From an uncultured Actinomycetes bacterium (GTDB lineage Bacteria > Actinomycetota > UBA4738 > HRBIN12), in NCBI GenBank assembly GCA_963704725.1, contig OY969934.1, positions 3,104,001 through 3,168,000 of the forward strand: DNA of 64,000 bases. Reading direction: 5' to 3'. The notes beneath the pieces were generated by a model. The model did not search any database. It had not been told where the DNA came from and saw only the letters and a list, made by a program, of their open reading frames with translations. The translations under genes were made by a program, and so were the position numbers. This document shows positions 26,477 to 35,199 of this stretch, one piece after another; position 1 is the first letter of the stretch; every line of letters starts with the position of its first letter.

Positions 26477-27091
26477 GTGACCGAGCGCAACCGGGTGACG
26501 CCGTTCGGCGAGATCGTCGCCATCGCCCAGCGCGGGCTCTTCATGGGCAACCGCGGCAGCATCCACCGGGACCGGACGATCGTTCGGCCGTGGCAGGTCC
26601 GCCGCTGGATCACCTGCGTCCTCGAGTACAAGGGGTGGGTCGCGCCCACGTGGCAGCCGGGCCGGTGGACGCCGCTGTTCTTCTGGGACGAGGCCGTGGC
26701 CCTGGCGGCGGGGCACCGGCCCTGCGCCCTGTGCCGGAGGGCGGACTTCAACGCCTGGCTCGACGCGTGGGCCTCGGCGTTCGGGGACCGGCCGACGGTC
26801 GACCCCGTGGACCGGCGCCTGCACGCCGAGCGCCTCGACGGCCGGGTGCAGCGGCGACACCGCGCGGCGTGGCGCGACCTCCCGGCCGGCGCGTTCGTGG
26901 CGGTCGGGGAAACCCCCGCGCTCGTGCTCGACGATCGCCTGGTCCCGTGGTCGGCCGCCGGCTACGGGCCACCCCTGGACCGGCCCGCCCGTGGTGACGC
27001 CGTGGTCCTCACGCCCCCGTCGAACGTCGAGGTTCTGCGGCATGGCTACCGCCCGGCTCTGCATCCCACCGCGGCCGCGCGGCCTTCGTAG
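26477..27091 (+). CDS. Conserved hypothetical protein with Ada-like metal-binding motif
   Basis: NRVTPFG, MGNRG, WITC.L, LFFWDEAVALAAGHRPCALCR. Confidence 0.8.
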   Translation: MTERNRVTPFGEIVAIAQRGLFMGNRGSIHRDRTIVRPWQVRRWITCVLEYKGWVAPTWQPGRWTPLFFWDEAVALAAGHRPCALCRRADFNAWLDAWASAFGDRPTVDPVDRRLHAERLDGRVQRRHRAAWRDLPAGAFVAVGETPALVLDDRLVPWSAAGYGPPLDRPARGDAVVLTPPSNVEVLRHGYRPALHPTAAARPS

Positions 27092-27120
27092 ACTGACCCC
27101 CGCTCCGCAGGAGGCTCCCG

Positions 27121-27828
27121 ATGACGATCAAGATCCGGCGCGACGTCGAGATCAGCGACGTGGAGGGCGGGTGGTTCCGCGCCCGCTGGCACTATTCGTT
27201 CGACACCTACCGCGACCCCGAGTACGTGCGCTTCGGCACGCTGCGGGTCTTCAACGACGACCGGCTGGTCCCCGGGGCGATCTGGCCGATGCATCCCCAC
27301 CGGGACATCGAGGGCCTGACCTACGTGGTGGAGGGCTCGTTCCGTCACCAGGACGACGTGGGCGGGCCGCCCGGTCCCCTGCCGGCCGGCTCGGTCCAGC
27401 GGATGACGCTCGGCTCGGGCGCCAACCACAGCGAGCAGAACGCGAGCGAGACCGAGCCCATGCGCTTCATCCAGATGTGGATCCTGCCCGACGAGCGCGG
27501 GCTCCCGCCCGGCGTCGAGCAGAAGATCTTCACGAAGCAGGACCGCACCGACCGACTGCTCGAGGTGATCGGCGGCGAGGGCGGCGATGCCGTGCTCGTG
27601 CACCAAGACGCGAGGGTGCTCGTGTCCCACCTCACGCCGGGCGCCTCGGCGTCCCACACCCTCGGCGCGGGCCGGGGCGGCTACCTCTACGTGATCGAGG
27701 GCGACGTCACGGTCAACGGTGAGCGCATGGCGACCGGCGACGCGGCCCAGATCCGGGACGAGCCCTCGGTCGCCGTCGAGGCGGTCCTCTCGAGCGAGCT
27801 GATCCTGGTCGACGTCCGCCTCACGTAG
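27121..27828 (+). CDS. Pirin family protein (YhhW-like)
   Basis: FGTLRVFNDD, MHPHRDIE, HQD, HSEQN, FIQMWI. Confidence 0.92.
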   Translation: MTIKIRRDVEISDVEGGWFRARWHYSFDTYRDPEYVRFGTLRVFNDDRLVPGAIWPMHPHRDIEGLTYVVEGSFRHQDDVGGPPGPLPAGSVQRMTLGSGANHSEQNASETEPMRFIQMWILPDERGLPPGVEQKIFTKQDRTDRLLEVIGGEGGDAVLVHQDARVLVSHLTPGASASHTLGAGRGGYLYVIEGDVTVNGERMATGDAAQIRDEPSVAVEAVLSSELILVDVRLT

Positions 27829-28008
27829 CCGCTACCCCAAGCCGTCGCGTCGGGCCCTCGGAGCCGACGCGGAGGGGACGCGGTCGAACCGAGTAAACTG
27901 CAGGTAGCAGGTGCCAGCCTGCGGTTCGCGAATCGCGACCGACCCGTGGCCCATCGAGCCACCCGCCCCTCGCTTCCACGAATCGAACGGGAGCGGAGGG
28001 AGACTCCC

Positions 28009-28794
28009 ATGGTCCGTTGCCCCGTCTGCGAAGACGCCCAGGTCGTCTACGTCGCCGGTCCGGCCGCGACCTCGTGCCTCGGTTGCGGAGCCCGATGGAT
28101 CCAGAACGTTCCCGCGGGCAACGGCGTGGAGCACGCCGATCCGGTGCTCGCCCTCAACGAGGTCATCTGTGCGATCGAGGATGAGCGCGCCCGGCTCGCG
28201 GCGGACCTGCACGATGGACCGATCCAGAGGATCGCCGCGCTCGGCATGCGCACCTATCTGGGCCTTCGGGAACTGCGGGCCGGCGACCGGATGGCGGCCA
28301 CGAGGACCTTCGAGGGTATCGAGGCCGGACTCGACCGTGAGATCCGCTCCCTGCGAGCGCTCGTGACGCAGCTGCGACCGCCCGTGCTCTCCGAGCTCGG
28401 GCTGGTCGATGCGCTCCGAGACCACGCCAGCTCGATCGCATCCGAGCGCAAGATCGTCACGACCGTGGAGGGGTCGATCGACGCCCTGCAGAACGAGGAC
28501 GTCCAGACGGGCCTCTACCGGATCGCCCAGGAGGCGATGACGAACGCCTACCGGCACTCCGGGGCCAGCCGGATCGACGTCCGCGTGGAGCCGACCGGTC
28601 GAGCCATCCGACTGACCGTGCAGGACGACGGCGCAGGGTTCGATGCCACGAGGACGTTCGGACACGACGGCGACCAGCACTACGGGCTCGTCTCGATGCA
28701 AGAGCGCGCGGCGAAGCTTCACGGGTCGCTGACGGTCACCTCGGCCCCGGCCGGAGGGACGACCGTGACCGCCGAGCTTCCGGTCGAGGACTGA
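28009..28794 (+). CDS. Soluble HisKA_3 histidine kinase with N-terminal CxxC...CxxC zinc ribbon
   Basis: GGAGGGAG RBS; MVRCPVC...SCLGCGARW, then ERARLAADLHD and HATPase motifs. Confidence 0.88.
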   Translation: MVRCPVCEDAQVVYVAGPAATSCLGCGARWIQNVPAGNGVEHADPVLALNEVICAIEDERARLAADLHDGPIQRIAALGMRTYLGLRELRAGDRMAATRTFEGIEAGLDREIRSLRALVTQLRPPVLSELGLVDALRDHASSIASERKIVTTVEGSIDALQNEDVQTGLYRIAQEAMTNAYRHSGASRIDVRVEPTGRAIRLTVQDDGAGFDATRTFGHDGDQHYGLVSMQERAAKLHGSLTVTSAPAGGTTVTAELPVED

Positions 28795-29414
28795 CGCCGA
28801 AGCCCGGCGTGGCCGTTTCGTCGGGGAACGCCCACGGCGAGGTTCACCAGGCCGCCGATCGCCACTCCGAGCCCGACGCCGCCCACGACGTCGAGGGGAG
28901 CGTGTGCGCCGAGGTACATGCGCGCGAACGCAACCAGGAGGACGACCAGCCAGGGGACGACGCGCCAGCGCCCCCGAAGGTACGGCGTCACGACCCAAGC
29001 CAATCCGGACAGGAGCACGACGTGCCCGGACACGAAGGACGCCCCAACGGCCGGAGTGTCCCCACGCACGATCGCGTCGGAGATCGTCGTGCCCGGTCGC
29101 GACCGCTGCACGACATGCCAGACCACGCGCTCCCCGAGGAGCTTCGCGGCCGTCACGAGCAACGCCGCGGCGGCGAGGCGCCATCGACGGAGCAGCGCCG
29201 CGACGGCCGCCGCGACCGGCCCGGCCGCGAGCACGCCGAGAAGCTGCGAGCCGCGCATCACGGGCGAGAGCAGGTTCGGCAGGCCGTTCACGGCGTGGAA
29301 GAAGCTCAGTTCGGCCGGGCCCACCTCGCCGTTCGAGACGACAATGCCGCAGGCGGCCAGGACGGCGGCCCCCGCGAGGGCGGCGATGAGATCGTTCATC
29401 CGGCGCCTGAACAC
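28719..29414 (-). CDS. PAP2-family phosphatase
   Basis: RSRP, FVSGH, ARMYLGAHAPLD; 3' end overlaps the kinase by 76 nt. Confidence 0.88.
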   Translation of the reverse strand: MFRRRMNDLIAALAGAAVLAACGIVVSNGEVGPAELSFFHAVNGLPNLLSPVMRGSQLLGVLAAGPVAAAVAALLRRWRLAAAALLVTAAKLLGERVVWHVVQRSRPGTTISDAIVRGDTPAVGASFVSGHVVLLSGLAWVVTPYLRGRWRVVPWLVVLLVAFARMYLGAHAPLDVVGGVGLGVAIGGLVNLAVGVPRRNGHAGLRRQSSTGSSAVTVVPPAGAEVTVSDP

Positions 29415-29504
29415 GTGCCTCTCCCCTCCGGCCCGATACCCAGCGCGGTCGAACCCTATGCCCAGGAGCTATCCGCGGCGAACGCGTCGTGATAGACACT
29501 CCGG

Positions 29505-30620
29505 ATGGATTCGTCTCCTCGGACCGCCCGAAGCAAGCGAAGTTGGCGAGTCGTCCAGATCGGCATCTCGATCGTCCTCGTGGTCCTGATCTTCGTCATC
29601 GCGGTCCCGAAGCTCGCGAGCTACTCGTCGGTGTGGAGTGCGATCACGGACCTCACGCCGCTCGAGCTCGGCACCCTCGTCGCCGCGATGCTCTTCAACC
29701 TCCTCACGTACTGGTGGCAGAACATGGCCTCGATCCCCGGCCTCGGTCTGTGGCAGGCGGCGGTGTGCAATCAGACGACGACCTCGGTGGCCGACACGAT
29801 CCCCGGCGGCGGCTACATCGCCGTCGGGGTCGGGTACGCGATCTACCGCTCGTGGGGCTTCTCCAACGCGGCCATCGCGCTCTCGGTCGCGCTGACCGGA
29901 ATCTGGAACATCTTCTTGAAGCTCGGCCTGCCGCTGATCGCGCTGGCCGCGCTGGCGATCACGGGCAACGCCAACGGCGCGCTGGTCGCCGCCTCCCTCA
30001 TCGGGATGGCCGTGCTCGCCGGGGCGGTCGTTCTGTTCGCGCTCGTCCTGTGGAAGAAGGAGATGGCGCGCCGGATCGGCGCCGCGTTCGGCCGCGCCGC
30101 CTCGGCCGTCCGCCGGCTCGTCCGCAAGCCCCCCGTGGAGGACTGGGGAGAGGCCGCGGTGCGCTTCCGCCGGCAAACGATCGACCTCGTGGCCAAACGG
30201 TGGGTCGCGCTCACCGCGACGACGATCGTCAGCCACCTCGCCCTGTATGTCGTGCTCCTGTTGGCCCTCCGCCACGTCGGGGTCTCCGAGCAGGAGGTGA
30301 GCTGGGCACAGGTCCTCGGCGTCTACGCGTTCGGGCGGCTCCTCACCGCGGTCCCGCTCACCCCCGGAGGCCTCGGGTTCGTCGAGCTCTCGTACATCGG
30401 CGGGCTGATCCTGGCGGGACGCGCACACGCCGACGTTCCCTCGGACGTGTTCCACGCGCAGGTGGCGGCGGCCGTCCTCGTGTTCCGCGTCCTGACCTAC
30501 GCGATCCAGATCCCGCTCGGCGGCTTCACGTACCTGATCTGGCGCGCCAACACGAGCTGGCGCAGGGCCCTGGCGCAGGAGCCTGAGACTCCGGTCGCGG
30601 CACCCGTTCCCTCCTCCTGA
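29505..30620 (+). CDS. Lysylphosphatidylglycerol synthase TM / UPF0104 flippase-like membrane protein
   Basis: About 8 TM; TIPGGG, PLTPGGLGFVE, AAVLVFRVLTY..IPLG. Confidence 0.88.
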   Translation: MDSSPRTARSKRSWRVVQIGISIVLVVLIFVIAVPKLASYSSVWSAITDLTPLELGTLVAAMLFNLLTYWWQNMASIPGLGLWQAAVCNQTTTSVADTIPGGGYIAVGVGYAIYRSWGFSNAAIALSVALTGIWNIFLKLGLPLIALAALAITGNANGALVAASLIGMAVLAGAVVLFALVLWKKEMARRIGAAFGRAASAVRRLVRKPPVEDWGEAAVRFRRQTIDLVAKRWVALTATTIVSHLALYVVLLLALRHVGVSEQEVSWAQVLGVYAFGRLLTAVPLTPGGLGFVELSYIGGLILAGRAHADVPSDVFHAQVAAAVLVFRVLTYAIQIPLGGFTYLIWRANTSWRRALAQEPETPVAAPVPSS

Positions 30621-30622
30621 GG

Positions 30623-31216
30623 ATGGGAAGCGCCGCTCGGTACGTCGCCGGGCTCGCCGTGGGCGTCTCCGCGATGGCGGGTGCGGCCGCGCTCGCGGAC
30701 CACCGAGCCACGCCCGCAGAGACCAGGCTCTTCCGGCTGGCGAACGGCCTCCCCGAACGGGCCTACCGGGCGATCTGGGGCCCGATGCAGTACGGCACGT
30801 TCGGGACCGTGCCTGTTGCCGCGGCCGTGGCCCTCGCCCGGCGCCGGCCGCGCCTGGCCGTCGCCGTGGGGTCCGGCGGCACCGCGGCGTGGCTCCTGGC
30901 CAAGGCGGTGAAGCCCGTGGTGAACCGGGGTCGCCCGGACGCGCTCCTGACGGATGTCGTCCTGCGGGGGAGCGAGGAGGGCGATCAGGGATTCCCCTCG
31001 GGCCACGCCGCCGTCTCCGCGGCGCTCACCGTCGTCGCCTGGCCTTACCTGTCGAACGGATGGCGGGCCGTGGCGGCCGTCCTGTCGGGCTTCGTGCCCT
31101 TCGCGCGGATGTACGTCGGCGCGCATCTCCCGCTCGACCTCGTCGGCGGCTCCGCGCTGGGGGTCGCGATCGGTTCCGCCGTCAACCTGGCCGTCCCGCC
31201 GAACCGCCCTCGCTGA
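30623..31216 (+). CDS. PAP2-family phosphatase
   Basis: KPVVNRGRP, FPSGH, ARMYVGAHLPLD. Confidence 0.9.
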   Translation: MGSAARYVAGLAVGVSAMAGAAALADHRATPAETRLFRLANGLPERAYRAIWGPMQYGTFGTVPVAAAVALARRRPRLAVAVGSGGTAAWLLAKAVKPVVNRGRPDALLTDVVLRGSEEGDQGFPSGHAAVSAALTVVAWPYLSNGWRAVAAVLSGFVPFARMYVGAHLPLDLVGGSALGVAIGSAVNLAVPPNRPR

Positions 31217-31231
31217 TCCCCCCGGCGCGTC

Positions 31232-33376
31232 TCAGGCGCACGAGGCGCCGGCGCCGCACAGGCGCAGGTCCTCCTCACGCTCGACACGCTCGGCGAGCCC
31301 GGCCCTCGCGACGAACGACAGCCCGCCGCCGGGGTCGAAGGAGGGGATCTGCTCGATCCCTGCCGGCAGCGACGAGCGATAGGCGACACATCCACCATCG
31401 ATCCGGATGAACCGAACCGTGACGTCGTCACCTCTGGCCGGGCAGGTGCGCGTCAGCGTCACCTGCACCCTGGCCGACCCGCCGGTGGGGCCGAGCCGCA
31501 CGCCCAACGGCCCGCCACCCGTTTCACCGCCGGCGACGAGGAGGTCGATCGTCGCCCGCCCCCGAACGACGGACGAGACCGACAGGCTCCATCCCAAGGG
31601 GAGCGACCGGACGCACGGGATCCGCGTGGCCGTCGGCACCGCTTGCGCCATGAGGGTCATCGTGCGGCTCGAGCCGCAGACGGGGCTCTCGGTCTGCGGG
31701 CGGCCGGGGAAGAACAGCGACAGGCTGAAGCTGCCGGCCGCGACGACGACGAGCAGGGTCAGCACGATCAGCGACACGCGCCGGACGGACCACCGCTGGA
31801 TCCTCATCGGGGGCCGCGCGGGCGCGAGTGCCCGGAACTCCTCGAGGAGGTCGCGCCCGTCGCGCTTCATGAAGTTGCGGAGCTGCGTGGGGCTGGCGAC
31901 GCCGCGCGTGGCGGCGAACGCCTCGGAGAGCTCGTCGGGCGTGAAGTACCGCAAGGCCTTGGCGTACACCAGGTCGGCGTCCGACCGCAGCGCCAGCACG
32001 AGCATCATGTTCCCGAGATCGACCGCCTGGCGCCACGGGGACGGTCGCACCTGCACGAAGAACACGTCGATGAGCCGCAGGTGCCCGTCCTGCACCATGA
32101 GGTTCGCCGGCTTGATGTCGCGGTGGGCGAGACCGACGTCCCACATGCGCCGGATCATCTGGAGTCCCTCGTCGACGATGCGGTCGTCGATCTCGACGTC
32201 GCCGATCTCCTCGCCGCCGTCGAAGAACTCCATCGCGATGAGGTACTCACGCTCTGGGGTGATCTCGACGATCCCGAGTGGCGCGGGCGTCGCGAACCCG
32301 TATTCGCCGAGGAGGCGGAGCGTGTAGTCCTCGTACTCGACGAACCGCCGGACCGTCTGGAACGGCGTCTCGTCCTCGAGCCGCCCGTACAGCATCGTCC
32401 GGCCGAGCTTGTACCAGCGATCCGCGCGGACGTGGTTCCGGGCGTACAGCTTCGCGAACACCGAGCGCTCAACGCCCTGCTCGTCCACCACGCGCAGCTT
32501 CAGGGGAGTGGATCCCCCCGAGCCCTCCAGCCCCACCAGCTTCATCTCCAGGATCGTGAGGCCGAGCTGTTCCTGCATCGCCGCTCGGATCGCCTCGCCC
32601 CGGCGGCCGCCGACGTCCAGGTGCGCCGACTTCCCTCGGCGCCCGTACGTCACGGGGAACGTCTCGTTGGGCACGAACGCTCGGAACAGCGACACCGGGA
32701 TGGCGACCCCCAGGATCGCGGCGAACACGACGTCGGTGGGGTGATCCACCCCCAGGTAGGTGCGGATGATGCCCACGAACACGACGACCGCCGCGACCAC
32801 GAGCTTCGCGTGCCACCGGGGCCGGCCGGGGACGACGAGGAGGTACATCGCCCCCACGAGGACGCCGACCAGCGCCGTGATCGGCAACGACGGCGAGGAG
32901 AAGCCCTCCCAGTGCCCGATCGCGAGGACGTCGAACGGGCGGGGACGTGCAGCCAGCGAATACACGAGCGTGAAGACGATCTCGAGGACGGCGAGGCTCA
33001 CGAGGAAGACGATGAGGTGCCGCCACCGGCGGAAGACCGCCCCCAGCCCGACGGACACGAGCCCCAGGATCGGGAGGGCCCATCGGGAGCCCATCGTGTT
33101 CAGGAAGCGTGCGATCGAGTCGAGCCAGGAGGTTCGCGCCGACACGACGACGCGGATGAGGGGGGCGTCGACGCGATCGAGCGGGCCGGTCGAGAGGTGG
33201 AGCCATACCGTCCCGGACACGACGACGAGCAGCACTGCGGCCACCCAGAGCTTGCCCGTCAGGCCGATGACCTTCGGGAGCGGCGGGGGCGCCCCTGTCG
33301 GCCGCCGCCGCCGGTGGACGTCCTGGACGACGACGACTCGTTCTGCCGCCGGTGCCGCCTGCGCCGGTCTCTCCAT
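31232..33376 (-). CDS. Fusion: degenerate PAP2 membrane domain + protein-kinase-like domain + TM + extracellular Cys-containing domain
   Basis: ARPRP, FSSPSLP, RTYLGVDHPTD; GLEGSGGS, VFAKLY, HRDIKPANL, LID; start uncertain (33376-33460). Confidence 0.85.
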   Translation of the reverse strand: MERPAQAAPAAERVVVVQDVHRRRRPTGAPPPLPKVIGLTGKLWVAAVLLVVVSGTVWLHLSTGPLDRVDAPLIRVVVSARTSWLDSIARFLNTMGSRWALPILGLVSVGLGAVFRRWRHLIVFLVSLAVLEIVFTLVYSLAARPRPFDVLAIGHWEGFSSPSLPITALVGVLVGAMYLLVVPGRPRWHAKLVVAAVVVFVGIIRTYLGVDHPTDVVFAAILGVAIPVSLFRAFVPNETFPVTYGRRGKSAHLDVGGRRGEAIRAAMQEQLGLTILEMKLVGLEGSGGSTPLKLRVVDEQGVERSVFAKLYARNHVRADRWYKLGRTMLYGRLEDETPFQTVRRFVEYEDYTLRLLGEYGFATPAPLGIVEITPEREYLIAMEFFDGGEEIGDVEIDDRIVDEGLQMIRRMWDVGLAHRDIKPANLMVQDGHLRLIDVFFVQVRPSPWRQAVDLGNMMLVLALRSDADLVYAKALRYFTPDELSEAFAATRGVASPTQLRNFMKRDGRDLLEEFRALAPARPPMRIQRWSVRRVSLIVLTLLVVVAAGSFSLSLFFPGRPQTESPVCGSSRTMTLMAQAVPTATRIPCVRSLPLGWSLSVSSVVRGRATIDLLVAGGETGGGPLGVRLGPTGGSARVQVTLTRTCPARGDDVTVRFIRIDGGCVAYRSSLPAGIEQIPSFDPGGGLSFVARAGLAERVEREEDLRLCGAGASCA

Positions 33377-33431
33377 CTCCCCCACCCCGGTCGATCGTGG
33401 CACGGTCGCGACGAGAGGGGAACCCTCCCGG

Positions 33432-33875
33432 TCAGGCGTTCGAGCCGGCCGGTGCGCCACCGCCGGTCGCCGTGTGCGCCCGCGTCAGCTCGTGGATCGC
33501 CTTCGTGAGATCGAGGATCTGCGTGGAGATCGCGAGCAGGTCCTCGTTCTGCTGCCCCTCCGACTGCACCATCCGCCACTCCTGGTCCGCCAGGCGCCGG
33601 CGGGCGTCGTCCTGCCGGTTCTGGCTGATCATCACGAAGGTCGACAGGAAGATGGCCTCGAGCGACACGATCATCGTGAGCAACCCGAACGGGTAGGTCT
33701 CGACTCCCGCGGCGATCCACACGGTGAACCAGACGACGTGGACGTAGGCGAACCACATCGACCCGGCGAACCCCGTGATGGCGTCGGCGACCCGGTTCTG
33801 GACGCTCCGCGCCCGTTCCTCCGCGTGCTCGAGCAGGGCGGGATGGATCGGCTTCCTCGATGCGACGACGGCCAC
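33432..33875 (-). CDS. DUF1003 membrane protein
   Basis: ADAITGFAGSM, YPFGLLTMIVSLEAIFLSTFVMISQNRQ; AGGAG RBS. Confidence 0.9.
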   Translation of the reverse strand: MAVVASRKPIHPALLEHAEERARSVQNRVADAITGFAGSMWFAYVHVVWFTVWIAAGVETYPFGLLTMIVSLEAIFLSTFVMISQNRQDDARRRLADQEWRMVQSEGQQNEDLLAISTQILDLTKAIHELTRAHTATGGGAPAGSNA

Positions 33876-34135
33876 GGCTCCTCCTTGACGAGTGCGCGAG
33901 GTGACGATGGCACGAGCCTAGGCCGACGTCGCGTCAGGCGTCGCGGCCGCACTCCGGACACCGGTGCCGGCCCGCCGGAACGTCCGGCGGCGCGGACCGG
34001 TTCCCGCAGCGGGCGCAGATGTGCAGCTTGTCGGCCGGCCGATCCCCGGCGGGATCGGGTCGCGGCGGGTTGGCCCTCGGATCGCGGGGCAACCAGCTCA
34101 ACGCGGATCCGCCCTCGGGTGGTCCCATCTCGCGA

Positions 34136-34456
34136 TCATCGGGTGACCGGGCGCGTGAGGAGGTACTCGGTCTCGGTGGACTCGAAGATCCTTCGGATGG
34201 CTCCGAACGCGTTCACCAGCCGGAGGCTCCTGCCCCACGCTCGCACCCGGTGTTCGTAGGACATCACCGCGAGCCACGCCGCGCCGTCCATGAACGTGAG
34301 CTCGCCGAGGTCCAGGACGACGTGGCGGGGGCGCGCCTCGGCGATCGCGTCGTCGAGCTTCGGGACCGCCACCGCGTCGAAGCGCCCGGTCAGATGGACG
34401 TGGGCGACGTCGCTCGAGCTCTCGATGTGAACCCCGAAGAGGTCCGGCTGGCCCAC
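34136..34456 (-). CDS. STAS domain protein (anti-sigma factor antagonist-like)
   Basis: LTGRFD, VVLDLGELTFMD, IRRIFE; AAAGGAG RBS. Confidence 0.85.
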   Translation of the reverse strand: MGQPDLFGVHIESSSDVAHVHLTGRFDAVAVPKLDDAIAEARPRHVVLDLGELTFMDGAAWLAVMSYEHRVRAWGRSLRLVNAFGAIRRIFESTETEYLLTRPVTR

Positions 34457-34621
34457 GGCGTCTCCTTTCGAGGAGGGATCGCGATCACCTCCGGCAAAGG
34501 AGCGTGCCTCTGGGCTCCGGTGTGCGCCCCAACCGCGGACGCGTGCCGGCCGGGACTTGGGGCCAGCCGTCCCACGCTAATCGGCGGCGTCCGGGCGAGT
34601 CAATCGGTCGCTTGGGGGTTC

Positions 34622-34816
34622 TCAGTGGTGCTTCGAGACCAGACCGTCCGGCGAGACGTCCCACACCTGACCACTGTCGTCGTCGACCATCGAGACGGTC
34701 GAGCACGACTTGTCGGCCGCGAACCGCGCCGCGCCGACCGCCCGCTCCCAGCTGCGGTACGGATCGGTGCCGTTGCCGATCCGGAGCGTGTACCCGTTGC
34801 TCCGTCTCGGCCTCAT
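34622..34816 (-). CDS. Small hypothetical protein (64 aa)
   Basis: ATGA-coupled to the upstream ORF; balanced composition. Confidence 0.55.
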   Translation of the reverse strand: MRPRRSNGYTLRIGNGTDPYRSWERAVGAARFAADKSCSTVSMVDDDSGQVWDVSPDGLVSKHH

Positions 34817-35091
34817 CGCCGGTCCACCCGCACCACGCCGTGCTCGCCACGGATGTCGCGCAGCGGGACGCGAAGGAGCTCGCCGGTGCTGGAGCGGACC
34901 ATGTACGTGTTCGCCGCGTCGTCGAGGTACTCGATCGTGCCTGCGACGGTCCGCAGGTATCCGTTCGGAGACTCGATCTCGAACACACGCTCGGCGCGTC
35001 CCAGCCTCGAAACGGGGTCGACCGAAGCCGTGGGCTCGATCGGTGCCCTCGCGGGCACGTCGAGCCGAACGGAGTCCGTCAGCATGGTCAT
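34813..35091 (-). CDS. Small hypothetical protein (92 aa), possible SH3/Sm/YolD-like beta-barrel
   Basis: GAGGAGG RBS; beta-strand pattern VFEIES..VAGTIEYLD..TYMVRS..GELLRVPLRDI. Confidence 0.65.
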   Translation of the reverse strand: MTMLTDSVRLDVPARAPIEPTASVDPVSRLGRAERVFEIESPNGYLRTVAGTIEYLDDAANTYMVRSSTGELLRVPLRDIRGEHGVVRVDRR

Positions 35092-35199
35092 GGTGCGCCT
35101 CCTCGATCAGAGGGGCGGCCGACGGCCTCGTCGTAGGCGGTCCCGGTGAGCGCTGCTCGCATCCATTGTCTCACGCCGGCTCGTCCCGACGACCGAACG

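Noticed and set aside
33900-34135. 64-aa ORF 33934-34128 with CxxC...CxxC
   Set aside because: Two CxxC pairs are intriguing, but there is no RBS and the rest is Pro/Arg-rich; not supportable without homologs.
27830-35150. Horizontally acquired island
   Set aside because: Codon usage looks slightly less GC3-biased in places, but I could not quantify it, and no integrase, tRNA or flanking repeats were seen.
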